DNA of 40,863 bases from Paracoccaceae bacterium. Its GTDB lineage: Bacteria; Pseudomonadota; Alphaproteobacteria; Rhodobacterales; Rhodobacteraceae. Each line of letters opens with the position of its first letter. Position 1 is the stretch's first letter. Under the pieces are notes generated by a model, which saw only the letters and a program-made list of their open reading frames with translations, was not told where the DNA came from and did no database searches. Made by a program: the position numbers and the translations under genes. The stretch is taken from assembly GCA_007131685.1 (NCBI GenBank), contig SLQD01000017.1:1-40863 (forward strand), read 5' to 3'. Positions 20,221 through 30,120 of this stretch are shown here, in pieces.

Positions 20221-21183
20221 TCACACGAACAGCGCGGCGGCAAGAAACAGCGCAGGAATCAGCCCCGCATCGCGGTTCGAGCGAAACAGCCGCAGGCACA
20301 GATCCGGATCGTCGGTGCGCAGCATCCCCAGCTGCCAGACCATGTGCCAGCCGAACGCCCAGGCCCCCCCGAGCGCGAGCGACATCGCCAGCGGGTTGGC
20401 CAGCGGCGACAGCGCGAAGATCACCGCCAGCGACATCAGCACTACCGAGGCCACGATGAAGCCGCGCAGCCACTGATGCGTGTTGTCACCGAACAGCAGC
20501 GCGGTGGACTTCACCCCGATCAGCGCGTCGTCCTCCTTGTCCTGATGCGCATAGATCGTGTCGTAGAACACCGTCCAGGCGATCCCCGACAGATAGAGAA
20601 AGATCGCGGGCAGCCCCAGCGCTCCGGTCTGCGCCGTCCAGGCCAGCAGCGCGCCCCAGTTGAAGGCGAGCCCCAGGAACACCTGCGGCCAGTAGGTGAA
20701 CCGCTTCGCGAAGGGATAGATCGCCACGAGCCCCAGCGCGAGCACGCCGAGCAGGATCGCCGCGTTGTTGAAGGTCAGCAGGATCACGAACGCCGCCAGC
20801 GCCTGCGCCGCCATCCAGATCGCCGCCTGCTTGAGCGTCACCTGCCCGGCCGGGATCGGCCGCGCGGCGGTGCGCGCCACGTCGGCGTCGATGTCGCGGT
20901 CGGTGATGTCGTTCCAGGTGCAGCCCGCGCCGCGCATCAGGATGGCGCCGATCCCGGTGGCGATGATGATCCACAGCGTCAGCCACCCGGCCTCCGCGCG
21001 GTCCGACGCCGCCGCCAGCATCACCCCCCACCAGCAGGGCAGAAGCAGCAGCCAGGTCCCGATCGGCCGATCCGCCCGCGACAGCCGCAGATAGGGGCGC
21101 AGCGGTTCGGGGGCGTGGCGATCGACCCAGTTGCCGGTCGAGTCCGCGACGCGGCCCTCTGGCGTTTGCGGTTGCTCGGTCAT
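20221..21183 (-). CDS. ubiA: 4-hydroxybenzoate octaprenyltransferase
   Basis: RADRPIGTWLLLLPCWW, GCTWNDITDRDID...RTAARPIPAG, YDTIYAHQDKEDD. Confidence 0.97.
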   Translation of the reverse strand: MTEQPQTPEGRVADSTGNWVDRHAPEPLRPYLRLSRADRPIGTWLLLLPCWWGVMLAAASDRAEAGWLTLWIIIATGIGAILMRGAGCTWNDITDRDIDADVARTAARPIPAGQVTLKQAAIWMAAQALAAFVILLTFNNAAILLGVLALGLVAIYPFAKRFTYWPQVFLGLAFNWGALLAWTAQTGALGLPAIFLYLSGIAWTVFYDTIYAHQDKEDDALIGVKSTALLFGDNTHQWLRGFIVASVVLMSLAVIFALSPLANPLAMSLALGGAWAFGWHMVWQLGMLRTDDPDLCLRLFRSNRDAGLIPALFLAAALFV

Positions 21184-21215
21184 AAGCTCGGCCCCATCAC
21201 GGCGCGGGTGGTTCG

Positions 21216-21932
21216 GTGTCGAAGGTCAGGCTGTATGTAGAGCACCCGCTGGGGGCGGGGCAATCGGTTCCTGTGAACCGCGCGCAGGCGCAGTATCTCT
21301 TCACGGTCATGCGCCTGGCTCCCGGCGCGGCAGTCACGCTGTTCAACGGCCGCGACGGGGCCTGGTCGGCCGAAATCGTCGAGGCGGGCAAGCGCGCCGG
21401 TGAACTCGCCTGCCGCGAGCAGGCCGCGCATCAGGATGCGCCGCCCGATCTGTGGCTTCTCTTCGCCCCCATCAAGAAGGCGCGCACCGATTTCATCGCC
21501 GAGAAGGCGACGGAGATGGGCGCGCGCCGCATCCTGCCGGTGACGACCGATTTCACCAATGCCGAGCGCGTGCGCCGTGACCGGCTGCAGGCCCATGCCG
21601 TCGAGGCGGCCGAGCAATGCGGCGGCACCTTCGTGCCCGAGGTCGCCGAACTCGCGCCGCTCGCTGGCGTGCTCGATGGCTGGGACCCGTCGCGGCAGCT
21701 CATGTTCTGCGACGAGGCGCTGGCGGGGTCCGCGACGCGGCCCCGGGGCGCGCCGGGGCCCTGGGCGGTGCTGATCGGCCCCGAGGGCGGCTTCTCCGAG
21801 CGCGAGCGCGCGCGCCTCGCCGCGATGGATGCGGCGCATCCCGTCAGCCTCGGCCCGCGTATCCTGCGCGCCGACACGGCCGCGGTGGCCGCGCTGACGC
21901 TGTGGCAGCTCACGCAAGGGGACTGGCGATGA
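21216..21932 (+). CDS. rsmE: 16S rRNA m3U1498 methyltransferase
   Basis: EKATEMG, EAAEQC, IGPEGGFS, LGPRILRADTA SPOUT motifs. Confidence 0.96.
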   Translation: MSKVRLYVEHPLGAGQSVPVNRAQAQYLFTVMRLAPGAAVTLFNGRDGAWSAEIVEAGKRAGELACREQAAHQDAPPDLWLLFAPIKKARTDFIAEKATEMGARRILPVTTDFTNAERVRRDRLQAHAVEAAEQCGGTFVPEVAELAPLAGVLDGWDPSRQLMFCDEALAGSATRPRGAPGPWAVLIGPEGGFSERERARLAAMDAAHPVSLGPRILRADTAAVAALTLWQLTQGDWR

Positions 21933-22435
21933 TCCGCCCGGAGATCCTGTCCGCGCTCGCGCGCTGGCGCGAGGTGCTGATCGGGGCGGCGATCACGCTG
22001 CCGGGGCTGTGGATCATGAGTTTCGGCGGCTTCTTCTGGATCGGGGTGGGGCTGCTGATCGTGGGGGTCGGGGCGTCCTTCGCGGTCAATGCGCTGCGCC
22101 GGATGCGGTTTCGCGGCGCGGCGGGCGCGCCGGGGCTGGTGCGCATCGTCGAGGGGCAGGTGGCCTATTTCGGCCCCGAGGAGGGTGGCTTCGCGGCGAT
22201 GGACGAACTCGAGGAGCTGCGCCTCGCCCCCGCGCCCGACGGGCCGCACTGGGAGCTCGTCCAGGCCGACGGCACGCTGCGGATCCCGGCGCATGCCGAG
22301 GGGGCCGAGCAGCTCTTCGACCTTCTGGCCACGCTCCCGGGCATCGACATGGCGCATGTCCTCGCCACGCTGGAGGCCGCCCCCGCGCATCCGCGCACAG
22401 TCTGGACGCGCCGCGCGCACAGGGCGCTGACTTGA
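21929..22435 (+). CDS. Hypothetical membrane protein (2 TM plus soluble domain)
   Basis: ATGA overlap with rsmE; MIRPEILSALARWRE, two hydrophobic segments, EGQVAYFGP. Confidence 0.8.
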   Translation: MIRPEILSALARWREVLIGAAITLPGLWIMSFGGFFWIGVGLLIVGVGASFAVNALRRMRFRGAAGAPGLVRIVEGQVAYFGPEEGGFAAMDELEELRLAPAPDGPHWELVQADGTLRIPAHAEGAEQLFDLLATLPGIDMAHVLATLEAAPAHPRTVWTRRAHRALT

Positions 22436-22492
22436 CTTTTGCGCCCCGAGGCCGGATGCCCCGCGGACGCGACGTTGAAGGAGCCTGCGCAG

Positions 22493-23863
22493 ATGTCGAT
22501 TCCCCAGTCCGGCGGCGGCCCGATCGAGCGGCGCGCGCAGCTCGCCGAGTATCTCGAATCGGGCTGCAAGACGCGCGATCAGTGGCGCATCGGCACCGAG
22601 CACGAGAAGTTCGGCTACTGCACCGACAGCCATCTGCCGCTGCCCTATGACGGCCCGCGCTCGATCCGCGCGATGCTCGAGGGGATGCGTGACGCCTTCG
22701 GCTGGAACCCGGTCCTCGAGGGCGGCAACATCATCGGGCTGGAAAAGGACGGCGCCAATATCAGCCTTGAGCCGGGCGGCCAGCTCGAACTCTCCGGCGC
22801 GCCGCTGGAGAATATTCACCAGACCTGTGACGAGGTGAACGAGCATCTGCGCGAGGTGCGCAGCGTCGCCGACCGCATCGGGGTGGGCTTCATCGGCCTC
22901 GGCGCGGCACCCGAATGGACCCATGAGCAGATGCCGATGATGCCCAAGGGCCGCTATCGGCTGATGACCGACTACATGGGCAAGGTTGGCACACATGGCA
23001 CGCAGATGATGTACCGCACCTGCACCGTGCAGGTGAATCTCGACTTCTCGAGCGAGGCGGACATGGTGCAGAAGCTGCGCACCGCGCTCGCCCTGCAGCC
23101 CGTGGCCACGGCACTTTTTGCCAATTCGCCCTTCTTCGAGGGCAGGCCCAACGGCCACAAGAGCTGGCGCGCGCGCGTCTGGCGCGATCTCGACGCGGAT
23201 CGCACCGGGATGCTGCCCTTCGTCTTCGAGGAGGGTTTCGGCTTCGAGGCCTGGGCGGAGTATGCGCTCGATGTGCCGATGTATTTCGTCTACCGCGACG
23301 GCACCTACATCGACGCCACCGGGCAGTCCTTTCGCGATTTTCTTGACGGGCGGCTGCCGGCGTTGCCGGGCGAGGTGCCGACGCTGTCGGACTGGGCCGA
23401 TCACCTGACCACGATCTTCCCCGAGGCGCGGATCAAGAAATACATGGAGATGCGCGGCGCCGATGGCGGGCCGTGGCGCCGGCTCTGCGCGCTGCCGGCG
23501 CTGTGGGTGGGGCTGATGTATGATCAGCCCGCGCTCGACGCGGCCTGGGATCTGGCGAAGGGCTGGGACGCCGAGACGCGCGAGGCGCTGCGCGTGGCGG
23601 CCTCGGTGGACGGGCTCGATGCGCGGGTGGGCGCAATCGACATGCATGACCTGGCCCGCGAGGTGCTCACCATCGCGGATGCGGGGCTGCGCGCGCGCGC
23701 GCGCCCCGGCTCGGGCGGGCTCCTCGCCGACGAGACGCATTTCCTCAACGCGCTGCACGAGATCGTCGAGACGGGCCGGACCCCGGCCGACGAGCTCCTG
23801 GAGCGCTATCACGGCGACTGGGGCGGCGACCTCAGCCGGATCTACGCCGAATACAGCTACTGA
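22493..23863 (+). CDS. gshA: Glutamate--cysteine ligase (plant/alphaproteobacterial type)
   Basis: RIGTEHEKF, ISLEPGGQLELSGAP, MPKGRY, TCTVQVNLD, EMRGADGGP; AAGGAG upstream of ATG 22493. Confidence 0.96.
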   Translation: MSIPQSGGGPIERRAQLAEYLESGCKTRDQWRIGTEHEKFGYCTDSHLPLPYDGPRSIRAMLEGMRDAFGWNPVLEGGNIIGLEKDGANISLEPGGQLELSGAPLENIHQTCDEVNEHLREVRSVADRIGVGFIGLGAAPEWTHEQMPMMPKGRYRLMTDYMGKVGTHGTQMMYRTCTVQVNLDFSSEADMVQKLRTALALQPVATALFANSPFFEGRPNGHKSWRARVWRDLDADRTGMLPFVFEEGFGFEAWAEYALDVPMYFVYRDGTYIDATGQSFRDFLDGRLPALPGEVPTLSDWADHLTTIFPEARIKKYMEMRGADGGPWRRLCALPALWVGLMYDQPALDAAWDLAKGWDAETREALRVAASVDGLDARVGAIDMHDLAREVLTIADAGLRARARPGSGGLLADETHFLNALHEIVETGRTPADELLERYHGDWGGDLSRIYAEYSY

Positions 23864-24216
23864 TCGCGGTCGCTGCGGTCGATCCGCCAGGGGTCGCGAT
23901 TCGGTGCGCCGCGGTCGTCATCGCCGCGCGCGATCGCCTCGGTCGTGAGCCGCTGGCGCATAGCCTCGCGATCCTCGCGCGCCATTCCCGGCAGCAGGAA
24001 CAGATCGACGAAGGCCCAGATCAGCGTGACCGGCAGGCCGATCACCGTCAGCGTCAGGATCAGCATCGCCACCCCGCTGCCCGTGCGGCCCATGTAGAAC
24101 CGGTGCGCCCCGATGATCCCGAGAAAGATCAGCAGCAGATAGGCGACGACGATATTGTTCGCCTCGTTGGATATGCGCTGCTCGATGAGCAGCCTTTCCT
24201 GCGTGTCGAGCCCCAT
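23857..24216 (-). CDS. TM2 domain-containing membrane protein
   Basis: AYLLLIFLGIIGAHRFYMGRTGSG TM2 signature. Confidence 0.88.
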   Translation of the reverse strand: MGLDTQERLLIEQRISNEANNIVVAYLLLIFLGIIGAHRFYMGRTGSGVAMLILTLTVIGLPVTLIWAFVDLFLLPGMAREDREAMRQRLTTEAIARGDDDRGAPNRDPWRIDRSDRDQ

Positions 24217-24226
24217 CGCGCCCCCT

Positions 24227-24577
24227 TCAGTCCGTCGACCCGGCCATCGGGTCCGGGCCGAACCGGTTTTCCCCTGTCGTGCCCGGCTGGATGTAGAAGA
24301 AGATCAGGACCAGCCAGCCGATGACGGGCAGCAGAACCAGCAGATACCACCAGCCGGTGCGGTCGAGATCGTGCAGCCGGCGCACGCCGACCGCGATCGA
24401 CGGAATCAGGACCGCCAGCGCGAACAGCCCGGCCAGCGCTTCGAGCCCGACAAGCTGCAGCACGAAATTGACCGCGACGGTGAACAGCACGAACCACCAC
24501 AGCTCACTGCGCCGAGCGCGCCCGGTGAAATCGGCGTATTTCTGAAAGCAGGTCTTGATCGATGTCTGGAAGTCCAT
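24227..24577 (-). CDS. DUF805 (YhaH-like) membrane protein
   Basis: KYADFTGRARRSELWWF, VRRLHDLDRTGWW, GENRFGPDP. Confidence 0.92.
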   Translation of the reverse strand: MDFQTSIKTCFQKYADFTGRARRSELWWFVLFTVAVNFVLQLVGLEALAGLFALAVLIPSIAVGVRRLHDLDRTGWWYLLVLLPVIGWLVLIFFYIQPGTTGENRFGPDPMAGSTD

Positions 24578-24606
24578 TCCCGGCCTCTACTCTGGTTTGC
24601 TGTCCC

Positions 24607-25218
24607 TCAGCCCTTTCGGCCGATCTTCGTCTCCGTGCCCGCCCGCAGCCGGGCGATGTTCGCGCGATGCGTCCACAGGATCATCGCCGCCAGCAGCGCC
24701 ATCAGCAGCGTGAGCGCCGCGTGCCCCAGAAGCGGCGCCCAGCCGATCGCCACGACGGCCGCCACCAGAGCAGACAGCGATGAATAGCGCGTTAGCGCCG
24801 CCACGACGAGCCAGGTCGCGCAGGCCGCGAGCCCCACCGGCCAGGCCAGCGCGATGAGCGTGCCCAGAAACGTCGCCACCCCCTTGCCGCCGTGAAAGCG
24901 CAGATAGACGGGCCAGACATGGCCCGCAAAGGCCGCCAGCGCCGCGATCTGGGCGGCGTCCTCGCCGAGGGCCGCGCGCGCCATGAGCGCCGCCGCCGCC
25001 CCCTTGCCCGCATCGAGCACCAGTGTGGCCAGCGCGCCGCCCCTGCTGCCGGTGCGCAGCACATTCGTCGCCCCGATATTGCCCGAGCCGATCCGGCGCA
25101 GATCGCCCAGCCCCAGCACCCGCGCGGTCACGATCCCGAACGGCACCGCGCCGAGCAGATAGGCGCCGAGCGCGACGAGCACGAGCAGCGCCGGATGGGT
25201 GACGAATTCGGGGATCAT
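24607..25218 (-). CDS. plsY: Glycerol-3-phosphate acyltransferase PlsY
   Basis: YLLGAVPFG, GSGNIGATNVLR, GHVWPV...GGKGVAT, HRANIARL...E. Confidence 0.97.
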   Translation of the reverse strand: MIPEFVTHPALLVLVALGAYLLGAVPFGIVTARVLGLGDLRRIGSGNIGATNVLRTGSRGGALATLVLDAGKGAAAALMARAALGEDAAQIAALAAFAGHVWPVYLRFHGGKGVATFLGTLIALAWPVGLAACATWLVVAALTRYSSLSALVAAVVAIGWAPLLGHAALTLLMALLAAMILWTHRANIARLRAGTETKIGRKG

Positions 25219-26495
25219 GCGTCCTCCGGGCCGAAGACCTGTGCACCGCCCACGAAGGTTGCGCGCACCCGCCCCTGCAAGCGCGCGCCATCAAAAGGCG
25301 TGTTCTTCGATTTCGACTCGAGCGTGAAGCGGTCTAGCACGAAGGGCGCGTCCGGGTCGAACAGCACGAGATCCGCCGGCGCGCCCTCCGCCAGCCGCCC
25401 CGTCGCCAGCCCCAGCCGCCGCGCCGGGTTGAGCGCCATCGCGCGCCAGAGCTGCGCCAGCGACAGATCGCCGGAGTGATAGAGCCGCATCGCCGCGGGC
25501 AGCAGCGTCTGAAGCCCCACCGCGCCCGCGGCGGCCGCCTCGAAGGGCAGGCGCTTGGATTCCTCGTCCTGCGGCGTGTGCATCGAGCCGATCACCTCGA
25601 CGAGCCCCTCCGCCACCGCGGCCACAAGCGCAACGCGGTCCTCCTCGCTGCGCAAGGGCGGGGCGAGCTTGAAGAAGGTGCGGTAGTCGCCGACATCGAG
25701 TTCGTTGAGCGTCAGGTGATGGATGCTGACCCCGGCGCTGACATCGAAACCGTTCGCCCTGGCACGGCGCAGCGCCGGCAGCGCGCGCCCCGTGGTGATC
25801 TGGTCGGCGTGATAGCGCGCTCCGGTCATCTCGACGAGCGCGATGTCGCGGTCGAGCCCCATGCGCTCGGCCATGGGCGAGACGGCGGGCAGCCCGCGCA
25901 GCGTGGCGAACTTGCCTGAACTCGCCACTGCCCCGCGCGACAGCCCCGGATCCTGCGGATGCCCGATCACCAGCGCGCCGAGCCCCGCCGCATAGCTCAG
26001 GCTGCGCGCCATCAGCCGCGTATCCGTCACCACCCGGTCGCCGTCGCTGAACGCCACTGCGCCCGCATCCATCAGAAAGCCGATCTCGCACATCTCCGCG
26101 CCCGCCCGCGCGCGCGTGAGTGCGGCCATCGGGTGCATGCGCACCGGCGTTTCCCCCTGCGCGCGGCGGGTGACGAATTCCAGTACCTCGGGCGTGTCGA
26201 TCGCCGGATCGGTGTCGGGGCGGGTGATCATGGTGGTGACGCCGCCCGCCGCCGCAGCCAGGCCCGCGGAGCGAAAGCTCTCCTTGTGGCGCGCGCCCGG
26301 CTCGCCGACCTGCACGCCCATATCCACGATCCCAGGCGCAAGGCACAGCCCCGTACAGTCGATCACCCGTGCCCCGCGCGGCGCCGAGGCCGCATCAACC
26401 GCAGCGATGCGCCCGCCATCGGAGATCAGGTTGGCGCGCCGCTCGTCGCCGGCCTCGGGATCGATCAGCCGGGCATTCTCGAAGTAGATCGTCAT
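25215..26495 (-). CDS. pyrC: Dihydroorotase-family protein, probably the inactive PyrC' partner of ATCase
   Basis: LAPGIVDM, AAAGGVTT, KLAPPLRS, SKSKNTPF. The metal-binding HxH is replaced by GVQ. Confidence 0.9.
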   Translation of the reverse strand: MTIYFENARLIDPEAGDERRANLISDGGRIAAVDAASAPRGARVIDCTGLCLAPGIVDMGVQVGEPGARHKESFRSAGLAAAAGGVTTMITRPDTDPAIDTPEVLEFVTRRAQGETPVRMHPMAALTRARAGAEMCEIGFLMDAGAVAFSDGDRVVTDTRLMARSLSYAAGLGALVIGHPQDPGLSRGAVASSGKFATLRGLPAVSPMAERMGLDRDIALVEMTGARYHADQITTGRALPALRRARANGFDVSAGVSIHHLTLNELDVGDYRTFFKLAPPLRSEEDRVALVAAVAEGLVEVIGSMHTPQDEESKRLPFEAAAAGAVGLQTLLPAAMRLYHSGDLSLAQLWRAMALNPARRLGLATGRLAEGAPADLVLFDPDAPFVLDRFTLESKSKNTPFDGARLQGRVRATFVGGAQVFGPEDA

Positions 26496-26929
26496 GCCCC
26501 CCTCCGCTTGCGCCGCTTGTCGCGCGCGGCCTCGATCTCGGCCACGAGGGCGGGGGCGTCGGCGACATGCTTGATGAGGTGCTTGTCCCCCGCGCGGGTG
26601 ACGAGCTGCACATCCCCGAGGAGCCGGCGCACCGTCTCGAGCTCGCCAAGCCAGACCACGCGCCCGCCCGGACCGATCAGCCGCCGATCCGTCAGCCACC
26701 AGCGCGCCGCGAGCTGCTCGGAGGCGAGATACGCCGCCCTCACCCCGATCGCGAGCACCGCGCCGAGCGCACCGATGGCGATATGCGCGCTGCCCATCAG
26801 CATCAGCACCGCTCCGACCCCGGCCATGCCGACGAGCGCCATGATGCCGTGATCGCGCCAGTAGCGGCCGCGATCGGAGGCGATCTCGCGGCGCAGCTTC
26901 TCGCCCTGCTCGAGCTCCGGCTCAGCCAT
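26492..26929 (-). CDS. Hypothetical membrane protein (2 TM plus possible PH-like domain)
   Basis: Overlaps both pyrB and pyrC; WWLTDRRLI resembles bacterial PH-type domains. Confidence 0.78.
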   Translation of the reverse strand: MAEPELEQGEKLRREIASDRGRYWRDHGIMALVGMAGVGAVLMLMGSAHIAIGALGAVLAIGVRAAYLASEQLAARWWLTDRRLIGPGGRVVWLGELETVRRLLGDVQLVTRAGDKHLIKHVADAPALVAEIEAARDKRRKRRGA

Positions 26930-27875
26930 GCGCCGCCTCCGCCCGCGCCGCGCGCAGGTTCTCGGCCAGAAGCTCCATCGCCGCCATGCGCACTGCCACG
27001 CCCATTTCGACCTGGTCCTGGATCACGGAGCGGTTGATGTCATCGGCCAGCGTGCCGTCGATCTCGATGCCGCGATTCATCGGGCCGGGATGCATCACGA
27101 TCGCATCGGGCGCGGCATGGGCGAGCTTGTCGGCGTCGAGGCCGAAGCGGTGATAGTATTCGCGCTCGGAGGGAACGAAGCCGCCATCCATGCGCTCGCG
27201 CTGCAGCCGCAGCATCATCACCACGTCGGCATCGGCGAGCCCGGCGCGCATGTCGTCGGTGACCTCGACGCCGAGCTCCGCCGCGGCGGCGGGCATCAGC
27301 GTGGGCGGGCCGACGAGGCGGATGCGGTTCTCCATCTTGCCCAGCAGCCAGATATTCGAGCGCGCCACCCGGCTGTGGGCGATGTCGCCGCAGATCGCCA
27401 CGGTGAGCCGGTGCAGCCGCCCCTTGGCGCGGCGGATCGTGAGCGCGTCGAGCAGCGCCTGGGTGGGGTGTTCGTGGCGCCCGTCGCCGGCGTTGAGCAC
27501 CGCGCAGGTGACCTTCTGCGCCAGCAGATCCACCGCGCCCGAGTTCGGGTGCCGCACCACGAGCAGATCAGGGTGCATCGCGTTGAGGGTCATCGCCGTG
27601 TCGATCAGCGTCTCGCCCTTGGTCAGGCTCGAGGCCTGCATCGCCATGCTCATCACGTCGGCACCGAGCCGCTTGCCGGCGAGCTCGAAACTCGCCTGGG
27701 TGCGGGTGGAGGGCTCGAAGAACATGTTGATCTGGGTCATGCCGGCGAGGCTGTCGGCATGCTTGGCGCCGCCGCGATTGAACGCCACGTAGCGGTCGGC
27801 GCGGTCGAGCAGCGCGGTGATCCCGGCGGGGGCGAGATGTTCGATCCCCAGAAGGTGCTGCGCGTGAAACGTCAT
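26922..27875 (-). CDS. pyrB: Aspartate carbamoyltransferase catalytic subunit
   Basis: [52 protein letters not shown]. Confidence 0.98.
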   Translation of the reverse strand: MTFHAQHLLGIEHLAPAGITALLDRADRYVAFNRGGAKHADSLAGMTQINMFFEPSTRTQASFELAGKRLGADVMSMAMQASSLTKGETLIDTAMTLNAMHPDLLVVRHPNSGAVDLLAQKVTCAVLNAGDGRHEHPTQALLDALTIRRAKGRLHRLTVAICGDIAHSRVARSNIWLLGKMENRIRLVGPPTLMPAAAAELGVEVTDDMRAGLADADVVMMLRLQRERMDGGFVPSEREYYHRFGLDADKLAHAAPDAIVMHPGPMNRGIEIDGTLADDINRSVIQDQVEMGVAVRMAAMELLAENLRAARAEAAHG

Positions 27876-27899
27876 GCTGCCTCTTTGCCGGCCCCGCGC

Positions 27900-27963
27900 C
27901 TTATAGAAACCCCGCGCGCGGCTCACAAGGGCGCTTTACCCGGCACCGGCGCGCGCCTACCCT
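27900..27963. promoter_or_regulatory. Back-to-back putative sigma70 promoters for pyrB (minus) and UDG (plus)
   Basis: Minus: TTGTGA-N17-TATAAG (27928 to 27900). Plus: TTTACC-N17-TACCCT (27935-27963). Confidence 0.5.
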
Positions 27964-27969
27964 GCCGGC

Positions 27970-28757
<788 letters not shown>

Positions 28758-28761
<4 letters not shown>

Positions 28762-29300
28762 GCCGGATCGACGAGGCCCGCGACTTCATCCCCGCCCGCA
28801 TCGCCGTGCTCACCGTCTCCGACAGCCGCAGGGCGGGGGATGACCGCTCGGGCGACACGCTGGCCGCGCGCATAACCGAGGCGGGGCACGAACTCGCCGC
28901 GCGCGCCCTGTGCCGTGACGAGCGCGGCGAGATCGCGCAGCGGCTGCGCGCCTGGGCGGGCGACCCCGGCATCGACGTGATCCTGTCCACGGGCGGCACC
29001 GGGCTGACCGGGCGCGACGTGACGGTGGAGGCGCATCGCGACGTGTACGAGAAGGAGATCGAGGCATTCGCCACGGTCTTCACCATGGTCTCGATGAACA
29101 AGATCGGCACCTCCGCCGTGCAGTCGCGCGCCTGCGGGGGCGTGGCGCAGGGCACCTACATCTTCGCGCTTCCGGGCAGCCCCGGCGCGTGCAGGGATGC
29201 CTGGGACGAGATCCTGCGCTGGCAACTCGATTACCGGCACCGGCCCTGCAATTTCATCGAGATCCTGCCGCGCCTCGAGGAGCATCGCCGCCGCAAGTGA
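28758..29300 (+). CDS. moaB: Molybdenum cofactor biosynthesis protein B
   Basis: [42 protein letters not shown]; ATGA overlap with UDG. Confidence 0.95.
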
Positions 29301-30120
29301 GCGTGCCCGCGCGCACCCACCAGCCCGGCCGGCGCGCGGCGATCGCGGCGGCGGCGGCGCCTGCGGCCGCGATGTCCGCGAACAGCCCGAAGCAGCTCGC
29401 CCCGGAGCCGCTCATCCGCGCCACCCGGCAACCCGGCGCAGCGGCGAGCGCGTCGATCACCTGCGCGATGACCGGGAGCGTGGCGATTGCGGGCGCTTCG
29501 AGATCGTTGCGCATCGTGGCGATGAAATCCGCGAGCGCTTCGGCGTCGCCGAGCGGCGGCAATGTCTCGGGCATCGGCGGATTGTCGCGCCGCGCCAGCG
29601 CGCGAAAGACGGCGCCCGTGGGGCACGCCGCCCCCGGATTGACGAGCACCAGCGGCGCGGCAGGCAGAGCTACGGGATCGAGGATATCGCCGATGCCGCG
29701 CATCCGGCAGGCGCGCCCCGCGAGACAGACCGGTACATCGGCGCCGAGCGCGGTGACGGCGGCGCTGTCGGGCAGAGCGCCCCCCTGCAAGCGATGCAGC
29801 GCGCGCAGCGCCGCCGCCGCATCCGCCGAGCCGCCGCCGAGCCCCGCCGCCGCCGGCAGCCGCTTGTCGAGCGTGAGCGCGGCCGGCGCCTCCATCAGCG
29901 CCGCCGCCCGCAGCACGAGGTTTTCCGGCCCCGCGGGCACATCCGCCGCCATCGGCCCCGTCACCGCGAGCGTACTCCGCGCCGCGGGCTCGGCGCGCAG
30001 CCGGTCGCCGATATCGGCGAAGGCCACGAGGCTGTCGAGCAGGTGATAGCCGTCGGCGCGCCGGCCGGTGACATGCAGGGTCAGGTTGAGCTTGGCCGGC
30101 GCGGCCTCCTCAACCGCCAC
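29254..30120 (-). CDS. ispE: 4-diphosphocytidyl-2-C-methyl-D-erythritol kinase
   Basis: [53 protein letters not shown]; GTG start 30120. Confidence 0.95.
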   Translation of the reverse strand: MAVEEAAPAKLNLTLHVTGRRADGYHLLDSLVAFADIGDRLRAEPAARSTLAVTGPMAADVPAGPENLVLRAAALMEAPAALTLDKRLPAAAGLGGGSADAAAALRALHRLQGGALPDSAAVTALGADVPVCLAGRACRMRGIGDILDPVALPAAPLVLVNPGAACPTGAVFRALARRDNPPMPETLPPLGDAEALADFIATMRNDLEAPAIATLPVIAQVIDALAAAPGCRVARMSGSGASCFGLFADIAAAGAAAAAIAARRPGWWVRAGTLTCGGDAPRGAAGSR

